A program made the position numbers and the translations under genes. Shown in pieces: positions 14,075-28,321 of a DNA stretch of 64,000 nt (within the stretch, counting starts at the first letter, position 1; each line of letters opens with the position of its first letter). Location: positions 124,001 to 188,000 of the forward strand of contig JBHGNT010000010.1 in assembly GCA_043228905.1 (NCBI GenBank). The letters are read 5' to 3'. Source of the DNA: Azolla caroliniana. Its lineage: Eukaryota > Plantae > Polypodiophyta. The notes beneath the pieces are model-generated. The model was not told where the DNA came from and did no database searches. It saw only the letters and a list, made by a program, of their open reading frames with translations.

Positions 14075-17000
14075 TCACACGAGCCAGGTATGAACATTTT
14101 AATTTACTCACGGGCTCCTCTCAACTCCATCCTCAAATTTGGTAATTTCTTCATGTCTCTCGACCTGAGTTTCAAAATCTTCATTTTTTAATTCCATATC
14201 ATAGGTAGCGTTGTTAGCTTCGAATCGCAAGTTTGAACACAGAAATTCGGAAGCACACGAGCCAGGTATGAACATTTTAATTTATTCACGCGCTCTTCTC
14301 AAATTTGGTAATTTCTTCATGTCTCTCGACCTGAGTTTCAAAATCTTGATTTTTTAATTCTATATCATAGCTAGAATTGTTAGCTTCGATTCGCATCTTT
14401 GAACACAAAAATCCGGGATCAAACGAGCCAGGTATGAACATTTTAATTTACTCACGCGCTCTTCTCAACTCCCTCCTCAAATTTGGTAATTTCTTCATGT
14501 CTCTCGACCTTAGTTTCAAAATCTTGATTTTTTACTTCCCTATCATAGCTAGTGTTGTTAGCTTCGATTCCCATGTTTAAACACTAAAATCCGGGATCAC
14601 ACGAGGCAGGTATGAACATTTTAATTTACTCACGGGCTCCTCTCAACTCCCTCCTCAAATTTGGTAATTTCTTCATGTCTCTCGACCTGAGTTTCAAAAT
14701 CTTGATTTTTTAATTCTATATCATAGGTAGCGTTGTTAGCTTCAAATCACATCTTTGAACACAAAAATCCGGGATCACACGAGCCAGGTATGAACATTTT
14801 AATTTACTCACGCGCTCTTCTCAACTCCCTCCTCAAATTTGGTAATTTCTTCATGTCTCTCGACCTGAGTTTCAAAATCTTGATTTTTTAATTCCATATC
14901 TTAGGTAGCGTTGTTAGCTTCGATTCGCATGTTTGAACACAAAAATCCGGTATCACACGAGCCAGGTATGAACATTTTAATTTACTCACGGGCTCCTCTC
15001 AACTCCCTCCTCAAATTTGGTAATTTCTTCATGTCTCTCGACCTGAGTTTCAAAATCTTGATTTTTTAATTCCATATCATAGGTAGCGTTGTTAGCTTCG
15101 AATCGCATGTTTGACACAAAAATCCGATATCACATGGGCCAGGTATGAACATTTTAATTTACTCACGGGCTCTTCTCGACTCCCTCTTCTAACTTGCCAA
15201 TTTCTTCATGTCTCTCGACCTGAGTTTCAAAATCTTCATTTTTTAATTCCATATCATAGGTAGCGTTGTTAGCTTCGATTCGCATGTTTGAACACAGAAA
15301 TCCGGGATCACACGAGCCAGGTATGAACATTTTAATTTATTCGCGCGCTCTTCTCAACTCCCTCCTCAAATTTGGTAATTTCTCCATGTCTCTCGACCTG
15401 GGTTTCAAAATCTTGATTTTTTAATTCCATATCATAGGTAACGTTGTTAGCTTCGTATCACATGTTTGAACACAAAAATCCGATATCACATGGGCCAGCT
15501 ATGAACATTTTAATTTACTCTCCGGCTCTTCTGAACTCCCTCTTCTAACTTGCCAATTTCTTCATGTCTCTCGACCTGAGTTTCAAAATCTTGATTTTTT
15601 AATTCCATATCATAGGTAGCGTTGTTAGCTACGATTCGCATGTTTGAACACAGAAATCCGGAATCACACGAGCCAGGTATGAACATTTTAATTTACTCAC
15701 GCGCTCTTCTCAACGCCCTCCTCAAATTTGGTAATTTCTTCATGTCTCTCGACCTGAGTTTCAAAATCTTGATTTTCTAATTCCATATCTTAGGTAGCGT
15801 TGTTAGCTTCGATTCGCATGTTTGAACACAAAACTCCGGTATCACACGAGCCAGGTATGAACATTTTAATTTACTCACGGGCTCCTCTCAACTCCCTCCT
15901 CAAATTTGGTAATTTCTTCATGTCTCTCGACCTGAGTTTCAAAATCTTCATTTTTTAATTCTATATCATAGGTAGCGTTGTTAGCTTTGAATCGCATGTT
16001 TGAACACAAAAATCCGGGATCACACGAGCCAGGTATGAACATTTTAATTTACTCACGGGCTCCTCTCAACTCCCTCCTCAAATTTGGTAATTTCTTCATG
16101 TCTCTCGACCTGAGTTTCAAAATCTTGAATTTTTAATTGTATATCATAGGTAGCGTTGTTAGCTTCGAATCACATGTTTGAACACAAAAATCCGATATCA
16201 CATGGGCCAGGTATGAACATTTTAATTTACTCACGGGCTCTTCTCGACTCCCTCTTCTAACTTGCCAATTTCTTCATGTCTCTCGACCTGAGTTTCAAAA
16301 TCTTGATTTTTTAATTCCATATCATAGGTAGCGTTGTTAGCTTCGATTCGCATGTTTGAACACAGAAATCCGGGATCACACGAGCCAGGTATAAACATTT
16401 TAATTTATTCACGCGCTCTTCTCAACTCCCTCCTCAAATTTGGTAATTTCTTCATGTCTCTCGACCTGAGTTTCAAAATCTTGATTTTTTAATTCTATAT
16501 CATAGGTAGCGTTGTTAGCTTCGAATCGCATGTTTGAACACAAAAATCCGGGATCACACGAGCCAGGTATGAACATTTTAATTTACTCACGGGCTCCTCT
16601 CAACTCTCTCCTCAAATTTGGTAATTTCTTCATGTCTCTCGACCTGAGTTTCAAAATCTTGATTTTTTAATTCCATATCATAGGTAGCGTTGTTAGCTTC
16701 GAATCGCATGTTTGACACAAAAATCCGATATCACATGGGCCAGGTATGAACATTTTAATTTACTCACGGGCTCTTCTCGACTCCCTCTTCTAACTTGCCA
16801 ATTTCTTCATGTCTCTCGACCTGAGTTTCAAAATCTTGATTTTTTAATTCCATATCATAGGTAGCGTTGTTAGCTACGATTCGCATGTTTGAACACAGAA
16901 ATCCGGGATCACACGAGCCAGGTATGAACATTTTAATTTACTCACGGGCTCTTCTCAACTCCCTCCTCAAATTTGGTAATTTCTTCATGTCTCTCGACCT

Positions 17001-19887
17001 GAGTTTCAAAATCTTGAATTTTTAATTCCATATCATAGGTAGCGTTGTTAGCTTCGAATCGCATGTTTGAACACAGAAATCCGGAATCACACGAGCCAGG
17101 TATGAACATTTTAATTTACTCACGGGCTCCTCTCAACTCCATCCTCAAATTTGGTAATTTCTTCATGTCTCTCGACCTGAGTTTCAAAATCTTCATTTTT
17201 TAATTCCATATCATAGGTAGCGTTGTTAGCTTCGAATCGCAAGTTTGAACACAGAAATTCGGAAGCACACGAGCCAGGTATGAACATTTTAATTTATTCA
17301 CGCGCTCTTCTCAAATTTGGTAATTTCTTCATGTCTCTCGACCTGAGTTTCAAAATCCGAATTTTTTAATTCTATATCATAGCTAGAATTGTTAGCTTCG
17401 ATTCGCATCTTTGAACACAAAAATCCGGGATCAAACGAGCCAGGTATGAACATTTTAATTTACTCACGCGCTCTTCTCAACTCCCTCCTCAAATTTGGTA
17501 ATTTCTTCATGTCTCTCGACCTTAGTTTCAAAATCTTGATTTTTTACTTCCCTATCATAGCTAGTGTTGTTAGCTTCGATTCCCATGTTTAAACACTAAA
17601 ATCCGGGATCACACGAGGCAGGTATGAACATTTTAATTTACTCACGGGCTCCTCTCAACTCCCTCCTCAAATTTGGTAATTTCTTCATGTCTCTCGACCT
17701 GAGTTTCAAAATCTTGATTTTTTAATTCTATATCATAGGTAGCGTTGTTAGGTTCAAATCACATCTTTGAACACAAAAATCCGGGATCACACGAGCCAGG
17801 TATGAACATTTTAATTTACTCACGCGCTCTTCTCAACTCCCTCCTCAAATTTGGTAATTTCTTCATGTCTCTCGACCTGAGTTTCAAAATCTTGATTTTT
17901 TAATTCCATATCTTAGGTAGCGTTGTTAGCTTCGATTCGCATGTTTGAACACAAAAATCCGGTATCACACGAGCCAGGTATGAACATTTTAATTTACTCA
18001 CGGGCTCCTCTCAACTCCCTCCTCAAATTTGGTAATTTCTTCATGTCTCTCGACCTGAGTTTCAAAATCTTGATTTTTTAATTCCATATCATAGGTAGCG
18101 TTGTTAGCTTCGAATCGCATGTTTGACACAAAAATCCGATATCACATGGGCCAGGTATGAACATTTTAATTTACTCACGGGCTCTTCTCGACTCCCTCTT
18201 CTAACTTGCCAATTTCTTCATGTCTCTCGACCTGAGTTTCAAAATCTTCATTTTTTAATTCCATATCATAGGTAGCGTTGTTAGCTTCGATTCGCATGTT
18301 TGAACACAGAAATCCGGGATCACACGAGCCAGGTATGAACATTTTAATTTATTCGCGCGCTCTTCTCAACTCCCTCCTCAAATTTGGTAATTTCTCCATG
18401 TCTCTCGACCTGGGTTTCAAAATCTTGATTTTTTAATTCCATATCATAGGTAACGTTGTTAGCTTCGTATCACATGTTTGAACACAAAAATCCGATATCA
18501 CATGGGCCAGCTATGAACATTTTAATTTACTCTCCGGCTCTTCTGAACTCCCTCTTCTAACTTGCCAATTTCTTCATGTCTCTCGACCTGAGTTTCAAAA
18601 TCTTGATTTTTTAATTCCATATCATAGGTAGCGTTGTTAGCTACGATTCGCATGTTTGAACACAGAAATCCGGAATCACACGAGCCAGGTATGAACATTT
18701 TAATTTACTCACGCGCTCTTCTCAACGCCCTCCTCAAATTTGGTAATTTCTTCATGTCTCTCGACCTGAGTTTCAAAATCTTGATTTTCTAATTCCATAT
18801 CTTAGGTAGCGTTGTTAGCTTCGATTCGCATGTTTGAACACAAAACTCCGGTATCACACGAGCCAGGTATGAACATTTTAATTTACTCACGGGCTCCTCT
18901 CAACTCCCTCCTCAAATTTGGTAATTTCTTCATGTCTCTCGACCTGAGTTTCAAAATCTTGATTTTTTAATTCTATATCATAGGTAGCGTTGTTAGCTTT
19001 GAATCGCATGTTTGAACACAAAAATCCGGGATCACACGAGCCAGGTATGAACATTTTAATTTACTCACGGGCTCCTCTCAACTCCCTCCTCAAATTTGGT
19101 AATTTCTTCATGTCTCTCGACCTGAGTTTCAAAATCTTGAATTTTTAATTGTATATCATAGGTAGCGTTGTTAGCTTCGAATCACATGTTTGAACACAAA
19201 AATCCGATATCACATGGGCCAGGTATGAACATTTTAATTTACTCACGGGCTCTTCTCGACTCCCTCTTCTAACTTGCCAATTTCTTCATGTCTCTCGACC
19301 TGAGTTTCAAAATCTTGATTTTTTAATTCCATATCATAGGTAGCGTTGTTAGCTTCGATTCGCATGTTTGAACACAGAAATCCGGGATCACACGAGCCAG
19401 GTATAAACATTTTAATTTATTCACGCGCTCTTCTCAACTCCCTCCTCAAATTTGGTAATTTCTTCATGTCTCTCGACCTGAGTTTCAAAATCTTGATTTT
19501 TTAATTCTATATCATAGGTAGCGTTGTTAGCTTCGAATCGCATGTTTGAACACAAAAATCCGGGATCACACGAGCCAGGTATGAACATTTTAATTTACTC
19601 ACGGGCTCCTCTCAACTCTCTCCTCAAATTTGGTAATTTCTTCATGTCTCTCGACCTGAGTTTCAAAATCTTGATTTTTTAATTCCATATCATAGGTAGC
19701 GTTGTTAGCTTCGAATCGCATGTTTGACACAAAAATCCGATATCACATGGGCCAGGTATGAACATTTTAATTTACTCACGGGCTCTTCTCGACTCCCTCT
19801 TCTAACTTGCCAATTTCTTCATGTCTCTCGACCTGAGTTTCAAAATCTTGATTTTTTAATTCCATATCATAGGTAGCGTTGTTAGCT
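14075..19887. repeat. Tandem duplication with 17-monomer period (3012 bp), about 1.9 copies
   Basis: The 12-bp deletion lies at 14298/17310, TTGACAC at 15111/18123 and 16712/19724, and identical pseudo-ORFs at 14377/17389. All are offset by 3012 = 17x178-12-1-1. Confidence 0.92.
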
Positions 19888-20946
19888 TCGAGTCGCATGT
19901 TTGAACACAGAAATCCGGGATCACACGAGCCAGATATGAACATTTTAATTTATTCACGCGCTCTTCTCAACCTCCTCCTCAAATTTGGTAATTTCTTCAT
20001 GTCTCTCGACCTGAGTTTCAAAATCTTGATTTTTTAATTCTATATCATAGCTAGCATTGTTAGCTTCGAATCGCATGTTTGAACACAAAAATCCGGGATC
20101 ACACGAGGCAGGTATGAACATTTTAATTTACTCACGGGCTCCTCTCAACTCCCTCCTCAAATTTGGTAATTTCTTCATGTCTCTCGACCTGAGTTTCAAA
20201 ATCTTGATTTTTTAATTTTATATCATAGGTAGCGTTGTTAGCTTTGAATCGCATGTTTGAACACAAAAATCCGGGATCACACGAGCCAGGTATGAACATT
20301 TTAATTTACTCACGGGCTCCTCTCAACTCCCTCGTCAAATTTGGTAATTTCTTCATGTCTCTCGACCTGAGTTTCAAAATCTTGAATTTTTAATTGTATA
20401 TCATAGGTAGCGTTGTTAGCTTCGAATCGCATGTTTGAACACAAAAATCCGATATCACATGCACTAGGTATGAACATTTTAATTTACTCACGGGCTCTTC
20501 TCAACTACCTCTTCTAACTTGCCAATTTCTTCATGTCTCGCGACCTGCGTTTCAAAATCTTGATTTTTTAATTCCATATCATAGGTAGCGTTGTTAGCTT
20601 CGAATCGCATGTTTGACCACAAAAATCCGGGATCACACGAGCCAGGTATGAACATTTTAATTTACTCACGGGCTCCTCTCAACTCCCTCCTCAAATTTGG
20701 TAATTTCTTCATGTCTCTCGACCTGAGTTTCAAAATCTTGATTTTTTAATTCCATATCATAGGTAGCGTTGTTAGCTTCGAGTCGCATGTTTGAACACAG
20801 AAATCCGGGATCACACGAGCCAGATATGAACATTTTAATTTATTCACGCGCTCTTCTCAACCTCCTCCTCAAATTTGGTAATTTCTTCATGTCTCTCGAC
20901 CTGAGTTTCAAAATCTTGATTTTTTAATTCTATATCATAGCTAGCA

Positions 20947-23900
20947 TTGTTAGCTTCGAATCGCATGTTTGAACACAAAAATCCGGGATCACACGAGCCA
21001 GGTATGAACATTTTAATTTACTCACGGGCTCCTCTCAACTCCCTCCTCAAATTTGGTAATTTCTTCATGTCTCTCGACCTGAGTTTCAAAATCTTGATTT
21101 TTTAATTCCATATCATAGGTAGCGTTGTTAGCTTCGAATCGCATGTTTGACACAAAAATCCGATATCACATGGGCCAGGTATGAACATTTTAATTTACTC
21201 ACGGGCTCTTCTCGACTCCCTCTTCTAACTTGCCAATTTCTTCATGTCTCTCGACCTGAGTTTCAAAATCTTGATTTTTTAATTCCATATCATAGGTAGC
21301 GTTGTTAGCTTCGAGTCGCATGTTTGAACACAGAAATCCGGGATCACACGAGCCAGATATGAACATTTTAATTTATTCACGCGCTCTTCTCAACCTCCTC
21401 CTCAAATTTGGTAATTTCTTCATGTCTCTCGACCTGAGTTTCAAAATCTTGATATTTTAATTCTATATCATAGCTAGCATTGTTAGCTTCGAATCGCATG
21501 TTTGAACACAAAAATCCGGGATCACACGAGGCAGGTATGAACATTTTAATTTACTCACGGGCTCCTCTCAACTCCCTCCTCAAATTTGGTAATTTCTTCA
21601 TGTCTCTCGACCTGAGTTTCAAAATCTTGATTTTTTAATTCTATATCATAGGTAGCGTTGTTAGCTTTGAATCGCATCTTTGAACACAAAAATCCGGGAT
21701 CACACGAGCCAGGTATGAACATTTTAATTTACTCACGCGCTCTTCTCAACTCCCTCCTCAAATTTGGTAATTTCTTCATGTCTCTCGACCTGAGTTTCAA
21801 AATCTTGATTTTTTAATTCCATATCTTAGGTAGCGTTGTTAGCTTCGATTCGCATGTATGAACACAAAAATCCGGTATCACACGAGCCAGGTATGAACAT
21901 TTTAATTTACTCACGGGCTCCTCTCAACTCCCTCCTCAAATTTGGTAATTTCTTCATGTCTCTTGACCTGCGTTTCAAAATCTTGATTTTTTAATTCCAT
22001 ATCATAGGTAGCGTTGTTAGCTTCGAATCGCATGTTTGAACACAAAAATCCGATATCACATGGAACAGGTATGAACATTTTAATTTACTCACGGGCTCTT
22101 CTCAACTCCCTCCTCAAATTTGGTAATTTCTTCATGTCTCTCGACCTGAGTTTCAAAATCTTGATTTTTTAATTCTATAACATAGGTAACGTTGTTTGCT
22201 TCGAATCGCATGTTTGAACACAAAAATCCGGGATCACACGAGCCAGGTATGAACATTTTAATTTACTCACGGGCTCCTCTCAACTCCCTCCTCAAATTTG
22301 GTAATTTCTTCATGTCTCTCGACCTGAGTTTCAAAATCTTGATTTTTTAATTCCATATTCTAGGTAGCGTTGTTAGCTTCGAATCGCAAGTTTGAACCGA
22401 AAAATCCGAGATCACACGAGCTAGGTATGAACATTTTAAATTAGTCACGGGCTCTTCTCAACTCCTTGCTCAAATTTGGTAATTTGTTCATGTCTCGCGA
22501 CCTGCGTTTCGAAATCTTGATTTTTTAATTCCATATCATAGGTAGCGTTGTTAGCTTCGAATTGCATGTTTGAACACAAAAATCCGGGATCACACGAGCC
22601 AGGTATGAACATTTTAATTTACTCACGAGCTCCTCTCAACTCCCTCCTCAAATTTGGTAATTTCTTCATGTCTCTCGACCTGAGTTTCAAAATCTTGATT
22701 TTTTAATTCCATATCTTAGGTAGCGTTGTTAGCTTCGAATCGCAAGTTTGAACACAAAAATCCGAGATCACACGAGCCAGGTAGGAACATTTTAATTTAC
22801 TCTCCGGCTCTTCTCAACTCCCTCTTCTAACTTGCCAATTTCATCATGTCTCTCGACGTGAGTTTCAAAATCTTGATTTTTTAATTCCATATCATAGGTA
22901 GCGTTGTTAGCTTCGATTCGCATGTTTGAACACAGAAATCCGGGATCACACGAGCCAGGTATGAACATTTTAATTTACTCACGCGCTCTTCTCAACGCCC
23001 TCCTCAAATTTGGTAATTTCTTCATGTCTCTCGACCTGAGTTTCAAAATCTTGATTTTTTAATTCCATATCTTAGGTAGCGTTGTTAGCTTCGATTCGCA
23101 TGTTTGAACACAAAACTCCGGTATCACACGAGCCAGGTATGAACATTTTAATTTACTCACGGGCTCCTCTCAACTCCCTCCTCAAATTTGGTAATTTCTT
23201 CATGTCTCTCGACCTGAGTTTCAAAATCTTGAATTTTTAATTGTATATCATAGGTAGCGTTGTTAGCTTCGAATCGCATGTTTGAACACAAAAATCCGAT
23301 ATCACATGCGCTAGGTATGAACATTTTAATTTACTCACGGGCTCTTCTCAACTACCTCTTCTAACTTGCCAATTTCTTCATGTCTCGCGACCTGCGTTTC
23401 AAAATCTTGATTTTTTAATTCCATATCATAGGTAGCGTTGTTAGCTTCGAATCGCATGTTTGACCACAAAAATCCGGGATCACACGAGCCAGGTATGAAC
23501 ATTTTAATTTACTCACGGGCTCTTCTCAACTCCCTCCTCAAATTTGGTAATTTCTTCATGTCTCTCGACCTGAGTTTCAAAATCTTGAATTTTTAATTCC
23601 ATATCATAGGTAGCGTTGTTAGCTTCGAATCGCATGTTTGAACACAAAAATCCGGGATCACACGAGCCAGGTATGAACATTTTAATTTACTCACGGGCTC
23701 CTCTCAACTCCCTCCTCAAATTTGGTAATTTCTTCATGTCTCTCGACCTGAGTTTCAAAATCTTGATTTTTTAATTCCATATCATAGGTAGCGTTGTTAG
23801 CTTCGAATCGCATGTTTGACACAAAAATCCGATATCACATGGGCCAGGTATGAACATTTTAATTTACTCACGGGCTCTTCTCGACTCCCTCTTCTAACTT

Positions 23901-26900
23901 GCCAATTTCTTCATGTCTCTCGACCTGAGTTTCAAAATCTTGATTTTTTAATTCCATATCATAGGTAGCGTTGTTAGCTTCGAGTCGCATGTTTGAACAC
24001 AGAAATCCGGGATCACACGAGCCAGATATGAACATTTTAATTTATTCACGCGCTCTTCTCAACCTCCTCCTCAAATTTGGTAATTTCTTCATGTCTCTCG
24101 ACCTGAGTTTCAAAATCTTGATATTTTAATTCTATATCATAGCTAGCATTGTTAGCTTCGAATCGCATGTTTGAACACAAAAATCCGGGATCACACGAGG
24201 CAGGTATGAACATTTTAATTTACTCACGGGCTCCTCTCAACTCCCTCCTCAAATTTGGTAATTTCTTCATGTCTCTCGACCTGAGTTTCAAAATCTTGAT
24301 TTTTTAATTCTATATCATAGGTAGCGTTGTTAGCTTTGAATCGCATCTTTGAACACAAAAATCCGGGATCACACGAGCCAGGTATGAACATTTTAATTTA
24401 CTCACGCGCTCTTCTCAACTCCCTCCTCAAATTTGGTAATTTCTTCATGTCTCTCGACCTGAGTTTCAAAATCTTGATTTTTTAATTCCATATCTTAGGT
24501 AGCGTTGTTAGCTTCGATTCGCATGTATGAACACAAAAATCCGGTATCACACGAGCCAGGTATGAACATTTTAATTTACTCACGGGCTCCTCTCAACTCC
24601 CTCCTCAAATTTGGTAATTTCTTCATGTCTCTTGACCTGCGTTTCAAAATCTTGATTTTTTAATTCCATATCATAGGTAGCGTTGTTAGCTTCGAATCGC
24701 ATGTTTGAACACAAAAATCCGATATCACATGGAACAGGTATGAACATTTTAATTTACTCACGGGCTCTTCTCAACTCCCTCCTCAAATTTGGTAATTTCT
24801 TCATGTCTCTCGACCTGAGTTTCAAAATCTTGATTTTTTAATTCTATAACATAGGTAACGTTGTTTGCTTCGAATCGCATGTTTGAACACAAAAATCCGG
24901 GATCACACGAGCCAGGTATGAACATTTTAATTTACTCACGGGCTCCTCTCAACTCCCTCCTCAAATTTGGTAATTTCTTCATGTCTCTCGACCTGAGTTT
25001 CAAAATCTTGATTTTTTAATTCCATATTCTAGGTAGCGTTGTTAGCTTCGAATCGCAAGTTTGAACCGAAAAATCCGAGATCACACGAGCTAGGTATGAA
25101 CATTTTAAATTAGTCACGGGCTCTTCTCAACTCCTTGCTCAAATTTGGTAATTTGTTCATGTCTCGCGACCTGCGTTTCGAAATCTTGATTTTTTAATTC
25201 CATATCATAGGTAGCGTTGTTAGCTTCGAATTGCATGTTTGAACACAAAAATCCGGGATCACACGAGCCAGGTATGAACATTTTAATTTACTCACGAGCT
25301 CCTCTCAACTCCCTCCTCAAATTTGGTAATTTCTTCATGTCTCTCGACCTGAGTTTCAAAATCTTGATTTTTTAATTCCATATCTTAGGTAGCGTTGTTA
25401 GCTTCGAATCGCAAGTTTGAACACAAAAATCCGAGATCACACGAGCCAGGTAGGAACATTTTAATTTACTCTCCGGCTCTTCTCAACTCCCTCTTCTAAC
25501 TTGCCAATTTCATCATGTCTCTCGACGTGAGTTTCAAAATCTTGATTTTTTAATTCCATATCATAGGTAGCGTTGTTAGCTTCGATTCGCATGTTTGAAC
25601 ACAGAAATCCGGGATCACACGAGCCAGGTATGAACATTTTAATTTACTCACGCGCTCTTCTCAACGCCCTCCTCAAATTTGGTAATTTCTTCATGTCTCT
25701 CGACCTGAGTTTCAAAATCTTGATTTTTTAATTCCATATCTTAGGTAGCGTTGTTAGCTTCGATTCGCATGTTTGAACACAAAACTCCGGTATCACACGA
25801 GCCAGGTATGAACATTTTAATTTACTCACGGGCTCCTCTCAACTCCCTCCTCAAATTTGGTAATTTCTTCATGTCTCTCGACCTGAGTTTCAAAATCTTG
25901 AATTTTTAATTGTATATCATAGGTAGCGTTGTTAGCTTCGAATCGCATGTTTGAACACAAAAATCCGATATCACATGCGCTAGGTATGAACATTTTAATT
26001 TACTCACGGGCTCTTCTCAACTACCTCTTCTAACTTGCCAATTTCTTCATGTCTCGCGACCTGCGTTTCAAAATCTTGATTTTTTAATTCCATATCATAG
26101 GTAGCGTTGTTAGCTTCGAATCGCATGTTTGACCACAAAAATCCGGGATCACACGAGCCAGGTATGAACATTTTAATTTACTCACGGGCTCTTCTCAACT
26201 CCCTCCTCAAATTTGGTAATTTCTTCATGTCTCTCGACCTGAGTTTCAAAATCTTGAATTTTTAATTCCATATCATAGGTAGCGTTGTTAGCTTCGAATC
26301 GCATGTTTGAACACAAAAATCCGGGATCACACGAGCCAGGTATGAACATTTTAATTTACTCACGGGCTCCTCTCAACTCCCTCCTCAAATTTGGTAATTT
26401 CTTCATGTCTCTCGACCTGAGTTTCAAAATCTTGATTTTTTAATTCCATATCATAGGTAGCGTTGTTAGCTTCGAATCGCATGTTTGACACAAAAATCCG
26501 ATATCACATGGGCCAGGTATGAACATTTTAATTTACTCACGGGCTCTTCTCGACTCCCTCTTCTAACTTGCCAATTTCTTCATGTCTCTCGACCTGAGTT
26601 TCAAAATCTTGATTTTTTAATTCCATATCATAGGTAGCGTTGTTAGCTTCGAGTCGCATGTTTGAACACAGAAATCCGGGATCACACGAGCCAGATATGA
26701 ACATTTTAATTTATTCACGCGCTCTTCTCAACCTCCTCCTCAAATTTGGTAATTTCTTCATGTCTCTCGACCTGAGTTTCAAAATCTTGATATTTTAATT
26801 CTATATCATAGCTAGCATTGTTAGCTTCGAATCGCATGTTTGAACACAAAAATCCGGGATCACACGAGGCAGGTATGAACATTTTAATTTACTCACGGGC

Positions 26901-28321
26901 TCCTCTCAACTCCCTCCTCAAATTTGGTAATTTCTTCATGTCTCTCGACCTGAGTTTCAAAATCTTGATTTTTTAATTCTATATCATAGGTAGCGTTGTT
27001 AGCTTTGAATCGCATCTTTGAACACAAAAATCCGGGATCACACGAGCCAGGTATGAACATTTTAATTTACTCACGCGCTCTTCTCAACTCCCTCCTCAAA
27101 TTTGGTAATTTCTTCATGTCTCTCGACCTGAGTTTCAAAATCTTGATTTTTTAATTCCATATCTTAGGTAGCGTTGTTAGCTTCGATTCGCATGTATGAA
27201 CACAAAAATCCGGTATCACACGAGCCAGGTATGAACATTTTAATTTACTCACGGGCTCCTCTCAACTCCCTCCTCAAATTTGGTAATTTCTTCATGTCTC
27301 TTGACCTGCGTTTCAAAATCTTGATTTTTTAATTCCATATCATAGGTAGCGTTGTTAGCTTCGAATCGCATGTTTGAACACAAAAATCCGATATCACATG
27401 GAACAGGTATGAACATTTTAATTTACTCACGGGCTCTTCTCAACTCCCTCCTCAAATTTGGTAATTTCTTCATGTCTCTCGACCTGAGTTTCAAAATCTT
27501 GATTTTTTAATTCTATAACATAGGTAACGTTGTTTGCTTCGAATCGCATGTTTGAACACAAAAATCCGGGATCACACGAGCCAGGTATGAACATTTTAAT
27601 TTACTCACGGGCTCCTCTCAACTCCCTCCTCAAATTTGGTAATTTCTTCATGTCTCTCGACCTGAGTTTCAAAATCTTGATTTTTTAATTCCATATTCTA
27701 GGTAGCGTTGTTAGCTTCGAATCGCAAGTTTGAACCGAAAAATCCGAGATCACACGAGCTAGGTATGAACATTTTAAATTAGTCACGGGCTCTTCTCAAC
27801 TCCTTGCTCAAATTTGGTAATTTGTTCATGTCTCGCGACCTGCGTTTCGAAATCTTGATTTTTTAATTCCATATCATAGGTAGCGTTGTTAGCTTCGAAT
27901 TGCATGTTTGAACACAAAAATCCGGGATCACACGAGCCAGGTATGAACATTTTAATTTACTCACGAGCTCCTCTCAACTCCCTCCTCAAATTTGGTAATT
28001 TCTTCATGTCTCTCGACCTGAGTTTCAAAATCTTGATTTTTTAATTCCATATCTTAGGTAGCGTTGTTAGCTTCGAATCGCAAGTTTGAACACAAAAATC
28101 CGAGATCACACGAGCCAGGTAGGAACATTTTAATTTACTCTCCGGCTCTTCTCAACTCCCTCTTCTAACTTGCCAATTTCATCATGTCTCTCGACGTGAG
28201 TTTCAAAATCTTGATTTTTTAATTCCATATCATAGGTAGCGTTGTTAGCTTCGATTCGCATGTTTGAACACAGAAATCCGGGATCACACGAGCCAGGTAT
28301 GAACATTTTAATTTACTCACG
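20947..28321. repeat. 15-monomer HOR (2669 bp), about 2.8 tandem copies
   Basis: GAACCGA occurs at 22394, 25063 and 27732, and TTGACAC at 21147, 23816 and 26485. The period is 2669 = 15x178-1. Confidence 0.95.
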
